Origin: a virus
Taxonomy: Duplodnaviria; Caudoviricetes
Virus record (IMG/VR): IMGVR_UViG_3300014208_000083
Coordinates: 1 to 37,693 of that record
Reading direction: 5' to 3' (one strand)
DNA length: 37,693 nt
Part shown: piece by piece, positions 33,094 to 37,693 of the stretch
Layout: every line of letters begins with the position of its first letter
Position numbering within the stretch: the first letter of the stretch is position 1
The notes under the pieces: model-generated
The model's input: the letters and a program-made list of their open reading frames with translations, nothing else
Databases searched by the model: none
Told to the model about the DNA's origin: nothing
Position numbers and translations under genes: made by a program

Positions 33094-33920
33094 TGAAACA
33101 GGAATATACGCAGTATAGTTTTTTTATAAATAATAACATAAAAACAAGAAGAGAATTGGGACATATTGTGACATGGGAAATGATAGTTGAAAAAGCAAAA
33201 ATAAATATAAAAAACAATCCCGTCGGAAATGAAAAATTTAATCAGATTAACTCAATCATAATAGCTGAAAATGTTTTTAAAAAAGCCAAGTGTTCACAAT
33301 ACTTTATAAACGATTTAAAATTATTCAAATTTATTACGAATTCAGTAAAAAGTTATCAAACGTCATTGGTTGATATCTTGCCGACAGGTGGAATTTTAAA
33401 TTTTCCAGTTGAATGGAATCTCCCTTCATTTATTTTTGTAAAAGGACTTTCAGCAGATAAAAGAACAAATTTAATTTTTGTGAATCTCAGCAATAAAAAT
33501 ACTCTATTAAGTAGTGCTTCTTTTATAGTAGATGATTCAAGTGATTTGATTAATGATCCTGTTTTTATGGATAAACTAGCCAAAGGCGAGACAATCCATT
33601 TAGCGTGTAAATTTATATTTGGATTATCTTTATATTTAAAATGTTTCCCCTGTGCAGTGCGTGACGGTCTTCCTGACAATTGCTTGCATCCAAATCATTA
33701 CAAGTTTTCTGAAATTAACACAGTATCCATTGCGCCTGAAATACTTGATTCATCCGATAGGACAGTTACACCTCATATTCGTAGTGGACACTTCAAACTT
33801 CTTGGAAGCGATTTCTACAAGAAGATGAAAGGGCAAGTGATATTTATTTCAGAATGTTTTGTAAAAGGCACGGCTAAAACCGTAGAAGATATTAACGAAA
33901 GAAAACTGATAAATGAATAA
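33090..33920 (+). CDS. AT-rich hypothetical protein with HxRxGH motif
   Basis: ATGA overlap start; C-terminal PHIRSGHF...IFISECFVKG. Confidence 0.7.
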   Translation: MMKQEYTQYSFFINNNIKTRRELGHIVTWEMIVEKAKINIKNNPVGNEKFNQINSIIIAENVFKKAKCSQYFINDLKLFKFITNSVKSYQTSLVDILPTGGILNFPVEWNLPSFIFVKGLSADKRTNLIFVNLSNKNTLLSSASFIVDDSSDLINDPVFMDKLAKGETIHLACKFIFGLSLYLKCFPCAVRDGLPDNCLHPNHYKFSEINTVSIAPEILDSSDRTVTPHIRSGHFKLLGSDFYKKMKGQVIFISECFVKGTAKTVEDINERKLINE

Positions 33921-36147
33921 TGATAAGCAAACCGCTTTAGAAGCCCTCCGCCAGATCAATCCGTCCGTACTTGATTATCAGGACTGGCTAAGCGTCGGAA
34001 TGGCCCTCCAGCATTGCGGATGCTCCGTAGTTGACTGGGATCAATGGAGTATGCAGGATGCCAAACGGTACAAGAAGAATGTCTGCGCTACCAAGTGGTC
34101 AGGATTCCGCATGTCCGGCATGAAGGCCGTGACCGTCGCCTCGTTAGTCAAATTGTGCAAGGACCAGGGCGGACACGTCGCCGGTTCGCACGAGCCGAAG
34201 GAAATGAAGGAACTTGAATGGGATGCGACGATAGGCGGAGGCCGTGAACAGCACGAGGAAGGCCAGATCGTCCGTACCGAATGGCTTCAGGACGTTGATA
34301 TCGAGGAACCGAAGCACTGGAACCCGAAGACGGATCTCATTAATTATCTCAATGTCATGTTCGACAGTGAGGATCATGTCGGGTACGTCACCGAGTCATG
34401 GCAGAACGAGGACGGGAAGCACCTGCCGAAGAAAGGCGTATGGGACCGGACCGCAGGGCAGCTTATAGGCGAACTGTCCAAGTGCAAGGAACTTGGCGAG
34501 GTCATAGGCGACTGGAACAAGGAATGCGGTGCATGGATCCGGTTCAACGCTTTGGACGGTAAGGGGTGCAGGGACGAGAATGTAACATCTTTCAAGTTCG
34601 CGCTTGTCGAATCGGACAGTCTTCCGGTTGGCAAACAATACGCCATATACAAGGAGTTGGAACTGCCTATTGCGGCTTTAGTCCACTCTGGAGGGAAATC
34701 GCTGCATGCGTTGTGCCGGGTGGACGCAAAGGACATGCAGGAGTTCCGTTCCAGGGTGGACTATCTTTATTCGGTATGCAAGAAGAACGGGCTTGAGATC
34801 GACCGGCAGAACCGGAACCCGTCCAGGCTGTCCCGCATGCCGGGAATCACGCGGAAAGATAAGAAACAGTGGCTTGTGGCGACCAACATCGGCAAGTTGT
34901 CATACGACGAATGGAAAGAGTACATAGAGGAAATGAACGACGATCTGCCGGATGTGGACAACCTGGCGGACTGGTACGAACGGATGCCGGAACTGTCGGA
35001 ATGTCTTATTGAGGATATTCTACGTATCGGGCATAAGCTCCTGATCACCGGACCATCAAAGGCTGGCAAGTCTTTTCTTCTTATCATGCTTGCCATATGT
35101 CTTGCAGTCGGCAAGGACTGGCTTGGCTGGAAGTGCAAACAGGGCAGAGTCCTCTACATCAACCTTGAACTTGACCGCGCTTCATGCCTCCATAGGTTCA
35201 AGGTGGTATTCGATCTCATGGGGTTCGACAAGAAGCACCTTGCCAATATCGACATATGGAACCTTCGTGGAAAGTCACAGGCTCTTGACAAGCTGTGTCC
35301 GAAGTTGATCCGACGTGCTATGAAGACCAAGCCGATAGCGATTATCATTGATCCTATTTACAAGGTGATAACCGGAGACGAGAACAAAGCTGATGAAATG
35401 TCCAACTTCTGTAACCAGTTCGACAAGATTGCCCGAGATGTGGGCGCGTCGGTGATATACTGCCACCACCACAGCAAGGGCGAACAGGGACAGAAGAAGG
35501 CGCAGGATCGCGGTTCAGGCTCAGGGGTGTTCGCACGTGACCCAGACGCAGCTCTGGACATCATCGAACTGGAACTTGACCAGGCACGGAAGAAGGCCAT
35601 TACCGACAAGTTTGTACGCGAAAAGCTTGTCGAGTATCTGGATAAGAATTTTCCGAGCTGGAAATTCGATATGTCGCAGGATGACACTCTGCTGCCGGAT
35701 CTTATTGTCAAACATATGGACAACGACGACGTACGGAAAGCGTCCACGGAATATAGGGAATGGGCTTCGCTGATCACCGGCTGGCGAATCGAAGGAATAC
35801 TAAGGGAGTTCAAACCCCTCCAGAAGAAGAACATATTCTTCAGCTATCCCGTCCACCTGCCGGACACCGACGACTTATTGAAGGATGCACGTAGCCTTGG
35901 GGAGATCCGGACGCAGACGGAAGCCATAGAGGACAAGAAGCGTGAAACGGTACAGGACACTAAGGAAACTATCAAGATGCTTATGTCATACGACGAAGAT
36001 AAGCCTATAACGGTAAAAGATTTCTGTGAATATACCGGAATAGGGGACGACGCGGCCAGGAACAGATTGAAGGCGGCGAAGGTATGTTTTAAGAATGGTG
36101 TAATAACATTGAAAGCAAAAAAGAAGGAGAAAGATGAAAACGATTAG
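33913..36147 (+). CDS. Primase-helicase (PriCT_2, AEP-like primase, AAA_25 RepA-type helicase, C-terminal HTH)
   Basis: YQDWLSVGMAL, LVESD, VHSGGKSLHA, SRLSRMPG, GPSKAGKS, IIIDPIYK, HHHSKG, RGSGSG. Confidence 0.9.
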   Translation: MNNDKQTALEALRQINPSVLDYQDWLSVGMALQHCGCSVVDWDQWSMQDAKRYKKNVCATKWSGFRMSGMKAVTVASLVKLCKDQGGHVAGSHEPKEMKELEWDATIGGGREQHEEGQIVRTEWLQDVDIEEPKHWNPKTDLINYLNVMFDSEDHVGYVTESWQNEDGKHLPKKGVWDRTAGQLIGELSKCKELGEVIGDWNKECGAWIRFNALDGKGCRDENVTSFKFALVESDSLPVGKQYAIYKELELPIAALVHSGGKSLHALCRVDAKDMQEFRSRVDYLYSVCKKNGLEIDRQNRNPSRLSRMPGITRKDKKQWLVATNIGKLSYDEWKEYIEEMNDDLPDVDNLADWYERMPELSECLIEDILRIGHKLLITGPSKAGKSFLLIMLAICLAVGKDWLGWKCKQGRVLYINLELDRASCLHRFKVVFDLMGFDKKHLANIDIWNLRGKSQALDKLCPKLIRRAMKTKPIAIIIDPIYKVITGDENKADEMSNFCNQFDKIARDVGASVIYCHHHSKGEQGQKKAQDRGSGSGVFARDPDAALDIIELELDQARKKAITDKFVREKLVEYLDKNFPSWKFDMSQDDTLLPDLIVKHMDNDDVRKASTEYREWASLITGWRIEGILREFKPLQKKNIFFSYPVHLPDTDDLLKDARSLGEIRTQTEAIEDKKRETVQDTKETIKMLMSYDEDKPITVKDFCEYTGIGDDAARNRLKAAKVCFKNGVITLKAKKKEKDEND

Positions 36148-36544
36148 ATCACATACGTTCTTTCACGAGTGCCACCTACCAACTTCCACGGCACAGCAGC
36201 GGAAGCACCACGGTAAACGAGGATACGCCACGCCCCAGATGAAGTACGGCAAGGCGTTATACCAGGCGATCTTCGGCCAGCACAAGTGCGAACCGTTCTC
36301 CGGCTGGCTCAAGGTTGAAGTGAACCTGATGTTCCCGCATACGAAAAAATCCGACAAGCTTGCCATGGAAAGGGTTCCTATGACGCTGAAGCCCGACTTC
36401 GATAACGCGGTAAAAGTTCCCGTAGATGCAATGGTAGATGAAGGATTGATCGATAACGACGCCCACATATACGACGGACGGTGCGTCAAATGGCATTCGG
36501 ACATTGAAGGGATCAGTGTAACAATAGAGGAGCATGGATTATGA
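36134..36544 (+). CDS. rusA: RusA-family Holliday junction resolvase
   Basis: KPDFDNAVKVPVDAM...IDNDAHI. Confidence 0.88.
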   Translation: MKTIRSHTFFHECHLPTSTAQQRKHHGKRGYATPQMKYGKALYQAIFGQHKCEPFSGWLKVEVNLMFPHTKKSDKLAMERVPMTLKPDFDNAVKVPVDAMVDEGLIDNDAHIYDGRCVKWHSDIEGISVTIEEHGL

Positions 36545-36690
36545 AACAGAAAGTTTTAAAACAGTACTGTGCCGATAAATGCAGGGAGAAAGGCGAATGC
36601 AAGGAAGCACCCAGGTGCGATCCATACCAGCAGATATCGAAGTTACTGGATGAACTGATAGCTGAAACGAAGAAAGAACATAAAATATGA
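36541..36690 (+). CDS. Small Cys-containing protein (49 aa)
   Basis: Manual translation MKQKVLKQYCADKCREKGECKEAPRCDPY...; ATGA overlaps. Confidence 0.6.
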   Translation: MKQKVLKQYCADKCREKGECKEAPRCDPYQQISKLLDELIAETKKEHKI

Positions 36691-36851
36691 CCACCTCGGA
36701 ATGGGAACGCATGGACGAAGGATGGCATCAGATACGGTCTGAGGAGGAATTATGCGAGAATAGGGGTGTGGAAGCCAAATTCGAGGATATCAAATGGGGC
36801 GCGGAAGCTAAATTTAAAGGGATTGAAACAATAAAGGAGGATGGAAAGTGA
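36687..36851 (+). CDS. Small acidic protein (54 aa)
   Basis: MTTSEWERMDEGW...AKFKGIETIKEDGK; overlaps at both ends. Confidence 0.55.
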   Translation: MTTSEWERMDEGWHQIRSEEELCENRGVEAKFEDIKWGAEAKFKGIETIKEDGK

Positions 36852-37208
36852 TTAACAACAGAGATTCTGTTGAACTGGGTATTAGAGGTGCGTTGATAGC
36901 TAAATCCGCGCTTGAACTTGTGAATTGTTGCGATAGCGCGGTAATAGCCAGAGCGCATTTTATCGAGGTTGTGAAGCAGTTGAAGGAGCTTGATAATCTA
37001 ATAGCAAGATTAGAAAAGGAGTCCTCCAAATGACAACGAAGCAGGAAATTCTCGACCTATTCTGCAAGGCGCAGAAATGCCCCCTGCCTATTGGCTGCGT
37101 CGGATGTCCTGACAGGGAGGAAGCGTGTACGGATGCGGAAAGTGAGGAAATGTGCAATGAAACGTTGAACCAAGCGAAATTTGAAGGGATTGAAACAATA
37201 AAGGAGGA
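36805..37208 (+). repeat. Direct repeat pair (37 bp, 2 mismatches) at 36805-36841 and 37172-37208
   Basis: AAGC[T/G]AAATTT[A/G]AAGGGATTGAAACAATAAAGGAGGA, which includes the next gene's RBS. Confidence 0.85.
36848..37033 (+). CDS. Hypothetical protein
   Basis: GTG start with AAGGAGG RBS. Confidence 0.6.
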   Translation: MINNRDSVELGIRGALIAKSALELVNCCDSAVIARAHFIEVVKQLKELDNLIARLEKESSK

Positions 37209-37215
37209 AGTATGA
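37030..37215 (+). CDS. Small Cys-rich protein
   Basis: ORF track; AAGGAG RBS; C-terminus shared with 36687-36851. Confidence 0.6.
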   Translation: MTTKQEILDLFCKAQKCPLPIGCVGCPDREEACTDAESEEMCNETLNQAKFEGIETIKEEV

Positions 37216-37693
37216 AAATTACAATGAAATGGCTTGAGGAGAACAATGCTTGTATGGAGAGCCGCGAAATGTGGCAGACCGAGAAGATGAAAAGTATTGA
37301 CAGTATCAGGCTCGTAAAGAAGTTGATGGTTGAGGACAGGTTTCAATGGGCAAATTGGCTAATAGTGCGACTAATGACCCATGAGCAGAAAATACAGTAC
37401 ACTATCTTTGCGGCTGAACAAGTGATTGAGATTTACGAAAAAAAATATCCGAGCGACAATAGACCACGCAAGGCAATCGAAGCGGCTAGAAAATATATAG
37501 CCGAACCAAGCGAAGAAAATAAGATTGCCGCCTATGCCGCCGCCAATGCCGCCGCCTATGCCGCCAATGCCGCCGCCAATGCCGCCTATACCGACGCCAA
37601 TGCCGCCGCCTATGCCGCCACCAATGCCGCCAACAATGCCGCCAATCCCGCCACCAATGCCCCCACCGCCGCCGCCGCTGCCGCCACCAACGC
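37212..37693 (+). CDS. Phage protein with Imm5-like D-x-RP-x2-AIEAA motif and Ala-rich repeats, truncated by the window end
   Basis: MKITMKWLEENNAC...IFAAEQVIEIYEKKYPSDNRPRKAIEAARKY...AAYAAANAAAYAAN; AAGGAGG RBS; no stop before the edge. Confidence 0.75.
   Translation, partial: MKITMKWLEENNACMESREMWQTEKMKSIDSIRLVKKLMVEDRFQWANWLIVRLMTHEQKIQYTIFAAEQVIEIYEKKYPSDNRPRKAIEAARKYIAEPSEENKIAAYAAANAAAYAANAAANAAYTDANAAAYAATNAANNAANPATNAPTAAAAAATN

Overview
The window is a ~37.7 kb piece of a tailed dsDNA phage or prophage genome with two divergent arms and no host genes. The minus strand (about 21275 down to 1) carries the late arm: excisionase-like HTH, small and large terminase, a glycosyltransferase/methyltransferase cluster, portal, scaffold, a Com-like zinc ribbon, an N4-gp56-type major capsid protein, head-completion proteins, a beta-helix/LamG fibre protein, membrane and lipoproteins, and a truncated tail protein. 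The plus strand (about 21510 to the end) carries small early genes, then an SMC-like ATPase, Sak4-like recombinase, SSB, SF2 helicase, two DNA methyltransferases, a primase-helicase and RusA. The most unusual locus is the C5 cytosine methyltransferase at 31054-32665. It holds an in-frame HTH-HNH cassette with its own perfect sigma70 promoter and operator, is broken by a 7-nt insert exactly between the catalytic Pro and Cys codons (a candidate for ribosomal bypassing, or a pseudogene), and is dual-coded in two overlapping frames. Other points are a repeated bipartite late-promoter motif, unannotated micro-ORFs (a RanBP2-type zinc finger and an FtsZ-tail-like peptide), signal peptides on structural-module proteins, and a structured origin-like non-coding region. 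Family calls come from motif recognition by eye, not database searches. No tRNA, rRNA, CRISPR array, integrase or reverse transcriptase was seen.
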